Part shown: positions 1 through 9,499 of the stretch, piece after piece
Position numbering within the stretch: the stretch's first letter is position 1
Layout of the letters: each line of letters starts with the position of its first letter
Assembly (NCBI GenBank): GCA_964551785.1
Contig: CAZKEO010000001.1
Span: forward strand, 1 to 26,475
DNA length: 26,475 bases
Reading direction: 5' to 3'
Origin: an uncultured Eubacteriales bacterium
GTDB taxonomy: Bacteria > Bacillota > GCA-003054495 > Carboxydocellales > JAJZTU01
Made by a program: the position numbers and the translations under genes
The notes under the pieces: model-generated
The model's input: only the letters and a program-made list of their open reading frames with translations
What the model was told of the DNA's origin: nothing
Databases searched by the model: none

Positions 1-61
1 TGTATAATAAAGCCATGAAGTTGATAAATGACCATGCAAAAAGACCTGGTTCAAACTTCAT
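1..61 (-). CDS. atpF: ATP synthase F0 subunit b, N-terminus only (runs off window)
   Basis: AGGAGG RBS then ATG at 61 reading MKFEPGLFAWSFINFMALLY, matching the W-x-x-I-N-F TM start of b subunits; follows atpE. Confidence 0.85.
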   Translation of the reverse strand, partial: MKFEPGLFAWSFINFMALLY

Positions 62-101
62 TAACCTATAGCCTCCTTTCGTTCATCAAGGTTGCCTGTA
101 G

Positions 102-141
102 GAGTAAAGGAGCAGAGGGGATTCCCCTTGCTCCTTTACTC
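102..141 (-). other. Long GC-rich hairpin between atpE and atpF, no U-tract
   Basis: gagtaaaggagca(102-114)/tgctcctttactc(129-141) perfect 13 bp plus an inner gggg/cccc stem. Confidence 0.75.
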
Positions 142-153
142 TTCTCCCACTCC

Positions 154-390
154 TTACTGGACTTTAGCTGAAAGCATAAGTGCAATAACGAGACCATAAA
201 TGGTCAAGGTTTCCATGAATGCTAAGGCAATAAAGAGAAGGGTACGAATAGTTCCAGTCGCTTCGGGTTGGCGTGCGATAGATTCAAAAGCTTTACTGGA
301 AGCGATACCTTGTCCGATACCAGCTCCGAAAGCACTAATGCCAACAGCCAGAGCGGCACCTATAGCTATAAGACCTGCCTGATCTCCCAT
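154..390 (-). CDS. atpE: ATP synthase F0 subunit c
   Basis: GAGIGQG glycine motif, ARQPE loop, carboxylate in FMETLTIY; ATG at 390 chosen from RBS spacing. Confidence 0.98.
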   Translation of the reverse strand: MGDQAGLIAIGAALAVGISAFGAGIGQGIASSKAFESIARQPEATGTIRTLLFIALAFMETLTIYGLVIALMLSAKVQ

Positions 391-432
391 GTTTTTCCCC
401 CCTTTCACAGATGTCTGTTTTTCTACTAAACA

Positions 433-1131
433 TTAATGATGATGTTTTTCGGTTGCACCTCCAATATAGCTGGTAGCCAGCAGGGTGAACACGAAAGCTT
501 GAATAGCACCCGTCAGTAGTCCCAAAACTTGCATGGGAACTGGCGCAAAATAGGGGGCTAGGGACAAAAGAGTCCCAACTACCAATTCGTGACCAAAAAT
601 ATTCCCGTAAAGACGCATTGCCAGGGAAAGAGGTCTTACGAACTCCTCAACAATGTTCAGGGGAAGCATCATAGGAAATGGAGTGAGAAAATGCTTAAAA
701 TAACTAATCCCTTTTGCTGCTACGCCGAGAACATGAGTGGACAAGAAAACTGTAATTGCCAAAGCTGCTGTTACATTAATATTTGCCGTAGGAGGTATGA
801 ATGCGTTTATACCTGCGGGAGCATGACCTACCCAAGGTAACAAGCCAACATAGTTAGAGGCCAAAATGAAGAGGAAAAATGTACATAACAACGGGAAATA
901 TTTTTTCACTCTTTCAGAGTCTAGCATTCCTTCAAAGAAGTCATAGAGTGCTTCTATTAGGAATTCAAGAACATTTTGCATGCCTGATGGTATCTTTTGC
1001 ATATTACGGGTGGCTAATATTGCAATTATGGTTAAAACAACCATAACCGCCCACGTAGTGGTTAGATATATGCTTCCCCAACTAGCAAGAAGACCACCGC
1101 CATGCGCTGGTGCTGCAGCGCTACCGAACAA
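433..1131 (-). CDS. atpB: ATP synthase F0 subunit a
   Basis: PPTANINVT, RPLSLAMRLYGN (essential Arg), IQAFVFTLL; TTG at 1131 is 8 nt after GGAGG. Confidence 0.97.
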   Translation of the reverse strand: MFGSAAAPAHGGGLLASWGSIYLTTTWAVMVVLTIIAILATRNMQKIPSGMQNVLEFLIEALYDFFEGMLDSERVKKYFPLLCTFFLFILASNYVGLLPWVGHAPAGINAFIPPTANINVTAALAITVFLSTHVLGVAAKGISYFKHFLTPFPMMLPLNIVEEFVRPLSLAMRLYGNIFGHELVVGTLLSLAPYFAPVPMQVLGLLTGAIQAFVFTLLATSYIGGATEKHHH

Positions 1132-1234
1132 CCTTACCACCTCCTTCTTAATAAATTTTTTTATTGCTCATTGGATCTTAAGGATTGAATCCTCTTTATC
1201 CTTTGAATGATTACCTTTTGCGAAACTTGCTCAC

Positions 1235-1271
1235 AAAAAGCAAAAAATCCCTGCGGTTGTTGCCTCCAGGG
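1235..1271 (-). terminator. Weak terminator-like hairpin plus U-tract after atpI
   Basis: Minus strand ccctg...caggg followed by attttttgcttttt immediately after the atpI stop. Confidence 0.45.
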
Positions 1272-1652
1272 CTACTCATTGTGCTTTCGCACATACATCC
1301 TATTAAAATGTGAATTTTGCCTGAGTACCCATAGTACCTGACTTATAGTTACTCCTATTAAGATTCCTATACTTACTGCATATCCACCCCAATGGATAAC
1401 CAGATAGAGCAAGACTGCCAGGATGGCAAATCTCAGAAAATAAAGGAGCATCACCAAGATACTGCCCCACCTGGGAGCATTGAAAGACCATTGCACCGTT
1501 AACCGAAGTGAGTAAAAATGTCCTGCTGCAAGTAACATCCCGAAAAGTATTCCAAGTGCTAATATTTTAAGACTATCAGGATTTGTGAAAATGTTTACTA
1601 AATTAACCTTAATCTCGTGCGGTCCGGTTACACCCAGTATTACTCCGCGCAA
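1272..1652 (-). CDS. atpI: ATP synthase protein I (AtpI family)
   Basis: Four hydrophobic segments, LRFAILAVLLY motif, position before atpB; start uncertain. Confidence 0.8.
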   Translation of the reverse strand: MRGVILGVTGPHEIKVNLVNIFTNPDSLKILALGILFGMLLAAGHFYSLRLTVQWSFNAPRWGSILVMLLYFLRFAILAVLLYLVIHWGGYAVSIGILIGVTISQVLWVLRQNSHFNRMYVRKHNE

Positions 1653-1656
1653 AAGG

Positions 1657-1878
1657 TTATTCGCCCCCTTTGTCCGACACCATTATGTCATAAACTGATT
1701 TGAAGCCGGCTGCTGCTCCAAGTAAGACCATAGCGAGGGTGAACCATGGTTCTGTGCCTATTTTCCGGTCTATGAACGAACCTATCCAGTAGCCTAAAAC
1801 AGTGCCAGCCGCTACTGTAGCTCCCAAGGAAAAGATAACGCCCAATGCCTTGGTGTTTTCCCATTTTTTCTCTGCCAC
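1657..1878 (-). CDS. atpZ: AtpZ/AtpI-family small membrane protein
   Basis: G-x-x-LGYWIGSFIDRKIGTEPWF-x-x-x-x-x-LLG pattern typical of the ATPase_gene1 family. Confidence 0.88.
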   Translation of the reverse strand: MAEKKWENTKALGVIFSLGATVAAGTVLGYWIGSFIDRKIGTEPWFTLAMVLLGAAAGFKSVYDIMVSDKGGE

Positions 1879-2052
1879 TTGATCACCCCTTCATTCATGT
1901 CATCCCCTGCATATTTCGACACAAACGATCCGTATATGGTATAAGTTGGTGCGCAAATCGCCTTTGCTTAGTGACAGTTTTCGGGTTAATTGGTGATATA
2001 ATCAAATAACCGGTCATATTTTTACTTTAATAGTTTTCTTTGACATCTACAG

Positions 2053-2081
2053 TAATTCGCGGCTTTATGGTAAATTCCTGC
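2053..2081 (-). promoter_or_regulatory. Sigma-H-like promoter upstream of atp operon
   Basis: GCAGGAATT-N11-CGCGAATTA versus B. subtilis sigH consensus RnAGGAwWW-N11/12-RnnGAATww. Confidence 0.5.
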
Positions 2082-2117
2082 TGGGAAATGAAAAAATATT
2101 TAAATTTTTATACACAA

Positions 2118-3272
2118 TTAGCTACCATAATAAAAATCTTCGCCTTTATCTTGTAAGCCGAAATAATAAGCAATTGCTTGGATTATCCGCCCACTAGCTT
2201 TGCCATCTCCATATGGATTGACGGCATTTGCCATCCCACGGTAGGCTTCCCTAGAAGTGAGTAATTCCTCCAAATTTTGCACTAAATTTTGGCGGTCTGT
2301 ACCGACCATACGCACAGTTCCTGCTGTAACTGCCTCAGGACGTTCTGTGGTATCTCGTAGTACCAGTACCGGCTTACCCAGGGAGGGAGCTTCTTCCTGG
2401 AGACCTCCTGAATCAGTCAGCACCAAATGGCTATTATTCATCAAATTGATGAATGGTTGGTAATCAAGTGGTTCAATCAAAGTTACTCTGTCTAAACTAC
2501 CTAGAATTTCTTCAACTACAGCTCGGACTTTTGGATTTTTATGCACAGGAAAGACGATGTGAATATCAGGATAGCGCTCAATAATCTCTTTTAGACCGAG
2601 ATAAATCTGGCGCATTGGTTCTCCGAGGTTTTCCCTACGGTGGGTTGTCACTAAAATTACTCTGTGATTCACAAAGTCAATTTTTTGCAAATCAGGATCG
2701 GAGAACTGGTATGTGGAACTAACAGTTTGAAGCAAGGCATCGATTACGGTATTTCCGGTAACAAAAATATTTTCCGGATTAACACCTTCTCGCAGTAGAT
2801 TGGCACGCGATATAACAGTAGGGGCAAAGTGCAAGTCAGCAATCGCTCCAGTCAGTTTTCGATTCATTTCTTCCGGAAAGGGTGAGTATTTATTGCCAGT
2901 CCGCAAGCCGGCCTCAACATGTCCAACAGGAATCTGTAAATAGTAAGCTGCCAGACTTGCCACAAAGGTGGTAGTGGTATCTCCATGAACCAGGACGAGG
3001 TCTGGCTTTTCCTGTTCTAAGACCGACTTTAGGCCTGCCAAAGCTTTACCGGTCACATCAAAGAGCGTCTGGTTAGCCTGCATGATATCTAGATCATGGT
3101 CAGGTTTAATCTGAAATAAAGCTAAGACTTGGTCAAGCATTTCCCTGTGCTGGGCTGTGACTGCCACTACACATTGAAAAGCCTTTTCTGCTTCTAAAGC
3201 TTTTACCAGCGGAGCCATTTTAATAGCTTCAGGTCGGGTACCGAAAATAGCCATGATCTTCTTCCGGGTCAT
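2118..3272 (-). CDS. wecB: UDP-N-acetylglucosamine 2-epimerase (non-hydrolysing)
   Basis: FGTRPEAIKMAP, TAQHREMLDQ, HVEAGLRT, TDSGGLQEEAPSLG, NPYGDG motifs. Confidence 0.97.
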   Translation of the reverse strand: MTRKKIMAIFGTRPEAIKMAPLVKALEAEKAFQCVVAVTAQHREMLDQVLALFQIKPDHDLDIMQANQTLFDVTGKALAGLKSVLEQEKPDLVLVHGDTTTTFVASLAAYYLQIPVGHVEAGLRTGNKYSPFPEEMNRKLTGAIADLHFAPTVISRANLLREGVNPENIFVTGNTVIDALLQTVSSTYQFSDPDLQKIDFVNHRVILVTTHRRENLGEPMRQIYLGLKEIIERYPDIHIVFPVHKNPKVRAVVEEILGSLDRVTLIEPLDYQPFINLMNNSHLVLTDSGGLQEEAPSLGKPVLVLRDTTERPEAVTAGTVRMVGTDRQNLVQNLEELLTSREAYRGMANAVNPYGDGKASGRIIQAIAYYFGLQDKGEDFYYGS

Positions 3273-3326
3273 CAGAGGGTCACTCCTTATCTATATTCTG
3301 CCTGGGACAAAATCATACTTGTGCAC

Positions 3327-3659
3327 TTAAGGATTTGTGGAAATATATCCTTTACGGATTAGCTTGGTGACATGTGCTTGTACTGCCGATTGAATATCCA
3401 CACCATAAGTGTCCTCAAGCACATACATCATCGTAACGGCAGTCTGGGCTACATCCAGCAATTCATTGGTCATTCCCTGGACAACTTCTGCTTCTGCTTT
3501 TTCCTGTTGTTCACCGTTTATCCCACGAAACTTCCCAATGTACTGAGCGAGTTCCCCCATTTCTTCAGCTAGCTTGATTAGGGTGCTTTCGATGCTGACC
3601 TTGGACAGTCCATTCAGCCTTGGCAGCCGAATTTCTTTATAGTCCAATTGCTGTGGCAA
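3327..3659 (-). CDS. MazG-like nucleotide pyrophosphohydrolase
   Basis: KLAEEMGELAQ and NELLDVAQ, the E-E-x-x-E...E-x-x-D all-alpha NTP-PPase signature. Confidence 0.8.
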   Translation of the reverse strand: MPQQLDYKEIRLPRLNGLSKVSIESTLIKLAEEMGELAQYIGKFRGINGEQQEKAEAEVVQGMTNELLDVAQTAVTMMYVLEDTYGVDIQSAVQAHVTKLIRKGYISTNP

Positions 3660-3700
3660 GATAACAACCTCCCCCGCAGAAAAGTTCGCACTGATTTTGC

Positions 3701-4138
3701 TTATTTTTTTACTAGCTCAACTCCGGCCGCTTGCAGAAAACCTATCGCAAGCTGGTCGGGATAATCCCCTTCAAAAACAATCCGCTTAATCCCGGCATTG
3801 ATCAGCATTTTAGCACAGAGCACACAAGGCTGGGTAGTGGTGTAAATAGTGCCACCGGCAATACTCACACCATGTACGGCTGCTTGGATGATGGCATTTT
3901 GCTCAGCATGCACTGCAGTACACAATTCGTGTCTTTGACCAGAGGGTATTTTCAGTTGCTCACGCCGGCATCCTGTATCCACGCAATGAGCTACCCCTTG
4001 TGGGGCACCATTGTAGCCAGTTGTTAAGAGTCTATTTTCACAGACAATTACCGCACCCACCGTTCGCCTTAAACAGGTGGAACGTTTGGCAGCTACGTGG
4101 GCTATTTCCATAAAGTAGTCATCCCAAGATGGACGCAT
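3701..4138 (-). CDS. dCMP deaminase (ComEB/deoxycytidylate deaminase family)
   Basis: [21 protein letters not shown], Zn motif HAEQNA...PCVLC. Confidence 0.93.
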   Translation of the reverse strand: MRPSWDDYFMEIAHVAAKRSTCLRRTVGAVIVCENRLLTTGYNGAPQGVAHCVDTGCRREQLKIPSGQRHELCTAVHAEQNAIIQAAVHGVSIAGGTIYTTTQPCVLCAKMLINAGIKRIVFEGDYPDQLAIGFLQAAGVELVKK

Positions 4139-4162
4139 CAACTACACCTCCATTGCTAACGC

Positions 4163-5434
4163 CTAGCTGTTATAGAGTGGAAATTGTTGGCATAAATTTT
4201 TGACCATTGCTTTAGCTTTGTCTAAGTTGGCACTATCCTCTCGTCCAGTAATTGTAATATCAATAATTTCGGCAATAGTGGTCATTGCCTGTTCGTTCAT
4301 ACCCCTGGAGGTGGCAGCAGGTGTGCCAATCCGAACCCCACTGGTTACGAAAGGACTTGCTGGGTCGAATGGAATAGTGTTCTTATTGACAGTAACGCCA
4401 ACTGAATCGAGCAGGTGCTCTGCATCCTTACCGGTGATATTTTTATTTCTGAGGTCTACCAGCATGAGATGGTTGTCGGTGCCACCTGATACCAGGTTAA
4501 AGCCTCTATCAACCAAGCTCTGAGCCAGCGTTTTAGCATTCAGCACTATCTGCTTCTGGTAGGTTTTGAATTCTGGCTGCATTGCTTCCTTAAAGGCAAC
4601 CGCTTTAGCGGCAATCACGTGCATTAAAGGTCCTCCCTGGATACCAGGGAAAATCGCTTTATTAATGGCAGCACCATCTTTTGCTTTACAGAGAATCATG
4701 CCCCCTCTGGGACCGCGTAGGGTCTTGTGAGTGGTGGTAGTTACAAAGTCAGCATATGGAATGGGACTAGGGTGCTCACCTGTGGCAACCAAACCAGCAA
4801 TATGGGCCATGTCTACCATTAAGAGGGCACCAACCTCATCGGCAATTTCTCTAAGTTGCACGAAATCAATCGTCCGGGGATAAGCACTAGCTCCAGCCAC
4901 AATCATTTTGGGCTTGTGTTCAAAGGCTATGGCAAAAACCTTTTCATAATTGATTTTGCCAGTATCCGCATCAACGCCATAATCAACAAAGTTGAAATAT
5001 TGTCCCGAAATATTAACCGGGCTACCATGAGTTAGGTGACCCCCATGAGAGAGGTTCATCCCCAGCACAGTATCACCTGGTTTCAGAAAGGCAAAATAAA
5101 CTGCCGTATTAGCCTGGGCACCCGAATGGGGTTGGACATTGGCAAACTCGGCTCCAAAGAGCTCTTTGGCTCTGTCGATGGCTAACTGTTCCACAATGTC
5201 GACATATTGACATCCACCGTAATAACGTTTGCCAGGATAGCCTTCAGCATATTTGTTGGTTAAAACAGAACCTTGCGCAGCCATTACGGCCGGACTAACA
5301 AAGTTTTCTGAAGCTATCAACTCAATATTGTTTTGTTGCCTTTCTTTCTCGAGAGCCATCGCCCGTGCTACCTCAGTATCCACCTGTGCGATTAAATCAT
5401 TCCCAGGGTCAGTTGTCGTTAAAATCTCACCCAT
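4163..5434 (-). CDS. glyA: Serine hydroxymethyltransferase
   Basis: [24 protein letters not shown] lysine in [14 protein letters not shown]; second ATG chosen as start. Confidence 0.99.
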   Translation of the reverse strand: MGEILTTTDPGNDLIAQVDTEVARAMALEKERQQNNIELIASENFVSPAVMAAQGSVLTNKYAEGYPGKRYYGGCQYVDIVEQLAIDRAKELFGAEFANVQPHSGAQANTAVYFAFLKPGDTVLGMNLSHGGHLTHGSPVNISGQYFNFVDYGVDADTGKINYEKVFAIAFEHKPKMIVAGASAYPRTIDFVQLREIADEVGALLMVDMAHIAGLVATGEHPSPIPYADFVTTTTHKTLRGPRGGMILCKAKDGAAINKAIFPGIQGGPLMHVIAAKAVAFKEAMQPEFKTYQKQIVLNAKTLAQSLVDRGFNLVSGGTDNHLMLVDLRNKNITGKDAEHLLDSVGVTVNKNTIPFDPASPFVTSGVRIGTPAATSRGMNEQAMTTIAEIIDITITGREDSANLDKAKAMVKNLCQQFPLYNS

Positions 5435-5463
5435 GCCAATCCCAACCTCCATTTATAATTTTA

Positions 5464-5913
5464 TTATTTGTTATACTTTACTTCTATTTCAGTAATCTTG
5501 TCTATCCTTCTTTGGTGACGGCCCTGAGCAAACTCGGTTCCTAACCAAGCACTAACTATTTCCCTAGCTACACCAAAACCAATTACCCTTTCTCCCATTG
5601 TCAAGATGTTGGAATCATTATGTTCCCTAGTTGCCTTGGCCGAGAAGGTATCATGGCAGAGTGCTGCTCTAATTCCAGGAATTTTGTTAGCGGCTATGGA
5701 AATTCCTATGCCTGTCCCACAGCAGAGAATTCCTTTGGCAAATTTCCCACTGGTTACAGCCTCACCCACTACTAAGGCTACGTCAGGATAATCCACCGAA
5801 TCCGTATTAAAAGTACCAAAATCCTGGTATTTTACCCCTTTTTCATCTAGCAACTTTTTTACTTCTTCTTTTAACAGGTATCCTCCGTGGTCACAACCTA
5901 GAGCCAACTCCAT
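5464..5913 (-). CDS. rpiB: Ribose-5-phosphate isomerase B
   Basis: GCDHGG, SVDYPD, CCGTGIG, REHNDSN, GRHQRR motifs. Confidence 0.97.
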   Translation of the reverse strand: MELALGCDHGGYLLKEEVKKLLDEKGVKYQDFGTFNTDSVDYPDVALVVGEAVTSGKFAKGILCCGTGIGISIAANKIPGIRAALCHDTFSAKATREHNDSNILTMGERVIGFGVAREIVSAWLGTEFAQGRHQRRIDKITEIEVKYNK

Positions 5914-5961
5914 TTAAATGAACACCTCCAAAAATCTGCTAAAAAAATTATGCAGAATATG

Positions 5962-5990
5962 AAATTCTACATTGTTCTCTGTTTCCCTTG
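5962..5990 (-). promoter_or_regulatory. Sigma-H-like promoter (AGGG variant) upstream of rpiB
   Basis: CAAGGGAAA-N11-GTAGAATTT. Confidence 0.4.
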
Positions 5991-6007
5991 TCCTATCTAA
6001 AAAAAAC

Positions 6008-6481
6008 TTATGCCAATTTTTGTTTTAGTCTATTGAGAATTTCCTTTAAGGCTGCTTCCAGTTCACAGACAACCTGCCGATACACCTCTAAACTGCCTCC
6101 AAAGGGATCGGCAATATCTTTACTAGTTTCGCCTGGAAAGGCAAATTGAGCGAGAGTGTAGGTTTTACTAAGTGCATCAGGCACTAAGGAAGTAACATAG
6201 CTAGCGTGCCTCCCTGTCATGGCGAGAATTAAATCAGCGTTTTCAAGTAAATCAGGTGCCAAGAGCCGGGCACGATGGTCGGCTAGACTGATGCCGGATT
6301 CACGTAAGACTTTGATGGCTTGGTCACTAGCATTCATCCCAGGATAAGCGGCAATTCCGGCCGAGGTAAATTCCAAGAGCTCTGCTTCACCCATCAAAGT
6401 CCAAAGGTGACGGGCGATTGCTTCAGCCATGCAGCTCCGACAGGTATTACCGGTACATACAAACAAGACCTTCGTTACCAT
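6008..6481 (-). CDS. ywlE: Low-molecular-weight protein arginine/tyrosine phosphatase (YwlE type)
   Basis: P-loop CTGNTCRS, DIADPFGG acid loop, synteny sua5-ywlE-rpiB. Confidence 0.88.
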   Translation of the reverse strand: MVTKVLFVCTGNTCRSCMAEAIARHLWTLMGEAELLEFTSAGIAAYPGMNASDQAIKVLRESGISLADHRARLLAPDLLENADLILAMTGRHASYVTSLVPDALSKTYTLAQFAFPGETSKDIADPFGGSLEVYRQVVCELEAALKEILNRLKQKLA

Positions 6482-6504
6482 TGAACCACTCCCTTCAAAA
6501 GCCT

Positions 6505-7557
6505 CTATGTAGCAATCAATTGATGTGCTGCCTTGGTCAAACGATTCATGATCGCTGTGCCAAGCTTTTCCCGCAGAAATCCCTCTGCTAAAATAACTTG
6601 AACCTGACGAGTATCAAACTCCCTAAGGGTACTATAGAGTCTAGCTGCTACAGTAGCCAATTCTGTCCTAGAGCCTACTAAAAGTACTTCTCCCGAGGTA
6701 TAGTTATGGATGGTTTGCTGGGTTGCCATAATTCCTACCTTGAGTCCCCGCTTACTGTAATCCTGATAGAGCTGCTGGATAGTTGCTACCATTTCAGGCT
6801 CACTTCCCTCGACCAGTATTAACGGAGCTGCAGGGGCATAATGCGTATATTTCATCCCTGGCGAACGAGGCGTTAAGGCGGTTTCGGCTAGTGCCGGATC
6901 CTGCTCGGGCAGCTCACCCAAGACTTCGGCTAGTTGTTCGGCGGTGATGCCCCCAGGCCTTAAGATTAACGGGGGATCCATGGTAATATCCAGCACTGTT
7001 GATTCGACTCCCACCCCTACCGGGCCACCATCGAGGATCATTTCGATCTTACCAGTCAAATCCTCCCAGACATGCTGGGCCGTAGTCGGACTGGGTTTCC
7101 CTGATAAATTGGCACTAGGTGCTGCTACTGGCACCCCAGCTGCCTGCAAGAGCGCCAACGCTACTGGATGGTCAGGCATCCGAACTGCTACCGTGGCCAA
7201 CCCTCCTGTCACTAGCTCTGGAACTATCGGAGCCTTAGGTAACACTAACGTCAGTGGCCCCGGCCAGAAGGCGTCAATCAGCTGGTGGGCTATTGGTGGC
7301 ACATCGGTAGTCAAGGATGCCAGCATTGCCACCTCGGCAATATGGACAATCAGTGGATTGTCACTGGGCCGCCCTTTGGCCTGATAGATTTTTTGAAGAG
7401 CTTCCGGATTAAGAGCGTCTGCCCCCAAACCATATACTGTTTCCGTAGGGAAGGCCACTAAACCTCCCTCGCGCAAAATGCTCGCGGCTCTTACCAAGTC
7501 GGAGTTCTCGTCGAGAGGGGCGCTAACGGTTACCATTTCCGTTTGTTTTAACATCAT
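6505..7557 (-). CDS. sua5: L-threonylcarbamoyladenylate synthase, long Sua5 form
   Basis: FPTETVYGLG, KGRPSDNPLIVH, APSANLSG, SPGMKYTHYAP; ATGA overlap with prmC. Confidence 0.97.
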   Translation of the reverse strand: MMLKQTEMVTVSAPLDENSDLVRAASILREGGLVAFPTETVYGLGADALNPEALQKIYQAKGRPSDNPLIVHIAEVAMLASLTTDVPPIAHQLIDAFWPGPLTLVLPKAPIVPELVTGGLATVAVRMPDHPVALALLQAAGVPVAAPSANLSGKPSPTTAQHVWEDLTGKIEMILDGGPVGVGVESTVLDITMDPPLILRPGGITAEQLAEVLGELPEQDPALAETALTPRSPGMKYTHYAPAAPLILVEGSEPEMVATIQQLYQDYSKRGLKVGIMATQQTIHNYTSGEVLLVGSRTELATVAARLYSTLREFDTRQVQVILAEGFLREKLGTAIMNRLTKAAHQLIAT

Positions 7558-8417
7558 GTCCTCCAGTTCGCCATTACGAAACGGTCTAAGCCCGCATAAT
7601 CCTTGATAATTTCGGCATCTTTCCAGTCTTCTCCACCAAGCAGGTTCAGTAGATCCGGACCCTGATCCCAGCCCATCTCCATAATTAGCTTGCCACCTGG
7701 CTTCAGAATTTGACTAGCTTGGGGTATTAACACCCGGTAAAGTTCTAAGCCGTCACTGCCACCATCTAGGGCTAGTTTTGGTTCATGTACTACCACCTCT
7801 AATTGCAGTTGGGCAATGTCGGCGCTAGGGATATAGGGTAGATTAGCCACTACCCAATCTACCTGGCCGGCTAAACTCACCGGTAATGCTGAAAGTAAAT
7901 TACTTTGCCGAAAGGTCACCCGTTCAGCTACTCCCTGTTGAATAGCATTTTGCTCCGCCAACGCTAAGGCCGCTGGAGATATGTCCAAGGCAAAGATTTG
8001 AGCGGTAGGGAGGTATTTCGCCAAACTTACAGCAATAGCCCCACTTCCAGTTCCTACATCTACAATGCAGGCCTGACCGGAAAGGGGGCGCAACGTATTT
8101 AAGACAGTTTCCACTAATAATTCCGTCTCTGGTCTTGGGATCAAGACCGCTGAACTAACTTTAAAGTCCAAACCCATGAATTCGCGGGTTCCAGTTAGGT
8201 AAGCAGTTGGCTCACCCTTTGCTCTCCTCGAAAGCAAGTTGTGATAGGTAGCGAGTTCTGTTTCAGACAATAGCCGCTCTGGCCTTATGTACAGTCCTGT
8301 CCGATCAACTTGTAAGACATGGCGCAGGAGAACCTCCGCATCTAAATCCTCCCCCAAAAAGCGGCGTCCGGCAACTAACGCCTCGGCCGCCTTTACTGGA
8401 AGGTTATTATTCCACAT
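7554..8417 (-). CDS. prmC: Release factor glutamine methyltransferase
   Basis: [30 protein letters not shown] (NPPY variant), ALDGGSDGL. Confidence 0.96.
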   Translation of the reverse strand: MWNNNLPVKAAEALVAGRRFLGEDLDAEVLLRHVLQVDRTGLYIRPERLLSETELATYHNLLSRRAKGEPTAYLTGTREFMGLDFKVSSAVLIPRPETELLVETVLNTLRPLSGQACIVDVGTGSGAIAVSLAKYLPTAQIFALDISPAALALAEQNAIQQGVAERVTFRQSNLLSALPVSLAGQVDWVVANLPYIPSADIAQLQLEVVVHEPKLALDGGSDGLELYRVLIPQASQILKPGGKLIMEMGWDQGPDLLNLLGGEDWKDAEIIKDYAGLDRFVMANWRT

Positions 8418-9474
8418 GCTTTAGTTTCTCCGCTTGTTCGGTTGTTATTAGGGCATTAATCATTTCATCGATATCGCCTTCTAGGATGGCCTCCATTCGA
8501 TGGAGTGTGAGCCCGATGCGGTGGTCGGTGACACGTCCTTGCGGATAGTTATAGGTTCGGATGCGCTCACTACTGTCCCCTGTCCCAACCTGGCTACGAC
8601 GGTCGCCCGACATCTTGGCATGCTGTTCAGCTTCAGCAGTTTCTAGGAGTCTGGCTCTTAAGACCTTCAAAGCTTTGTCTTTATTCTTATGCTGAGATTT
8701 CTCATCTTGACAGGATACTACTAGGCCAGAAGGAATGTGGGTAATCCGCACCGCCGACTGGGTAGTGTTAACTGACTGTCCTCCTGGGCCACTAGAGCAG
8801 AAAACATCAATCCGTAAATCATTGGGATCAATCTGCACATCGACTTCCTCTGCTTCTGGTAAAACTGCTACCGTAGCAGTAGAGGTGTGGATTCGACCCC
8901 CGGATTCAGTTGAAGGAATCCGTTGCACCCGATGTACACCGCTTTCAAACTTCAACTGGCTGTATGCGCCCTGACCTTCAATGGCAAAAACTACTTCCTT
9001 AAAGCCTTTAATATCTGTTTCGTTAGCACTTAAGATCTCAGTCCGCCAACCTTTGCGTTCAGCAAAGCGAGTATACATGCGGAAAAGCACCCCCGCAAAA
9101 AGGGCAGCTTCATCACCACCTGCTCCTCCCCGTATTTCCATAATGACGCTTTTGTCATCATTAGGATCTTTGGGCAGTAGGAGCACTTTCATTTTTTGCT
9201 CAAGGGTTATTTTATTTTCCTGCAGTTCCTCGTATTCAAGCTCGACCATTTCTTTAAAATCAGCTTCTTGATTCTCTGCCAGCATAGCTTTCGCGTCGGC
9301 GATGCCAGCTAATACTTTTTTATATTCCCGGAAGGCGCTGACAATTTCCAATAACCCTGCGTGGGCCTTGGCATATTGTTGCCATTCACTTTGATTGCTA
9401 ATAATTTCTTGGTCGCCTAGCAGCGCCCCAAGTTCTTCGTAACGTTCTTCCAGTGATTGAAGTTTATCTATCAT
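8407..9474 (-). CDS. prfA: Peptide chain release factor 1
   Basis: [11 protein letters not shown] anticodon-mimic motif, [10 protein letters not shown]. Confidence 0.99.
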   Translation of the reverse strand: MIDKLQSLEERYEELGALLGDQEIISNQSEWQQYAKAHAGLLEIVSAFREYKKVLAGIADAKAMLAENQEADFKEMVELEYEELQENKITLEQKMKVLLLPKDPNDDKSVIMEIRGGAGGDEAALFAGVLFRMYTRFAERKGWRTEILSANETDIKGFKEVVFAIEGQGAYSQLKFESGVHRVQRIPSTESGGRIHTSTATVAVLPEAEEVDVQIDPNDLRIDVFCSSGPGGQSVNTTQSAVRITHIPSGLVVSCQDEKSQHKNKDKALKVLRARLLETAEAEQHAKMSGDRRSQVGTGDSSERIRTYNYPQGRVTDHRIGLTLHRMEAILEGDIDEMINALITTEQAEKLKHVE

Positions 9475-9499
9475 CTTGCTTCCACCTCATATATTAAGC

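Noticed and set aside
1217-1236. Rex-box-like TTGTGA...TCGCAA upstream of atpB
   Set aside because: Spacer is 7 nt rather than 6 and the right arm mismatches
6428-6450. YwlE P-loop followed by Cys (CRSC rather than CRSP)
   Set aside because: To my knowledge common in clostridial homologs; catalytic residues are intact
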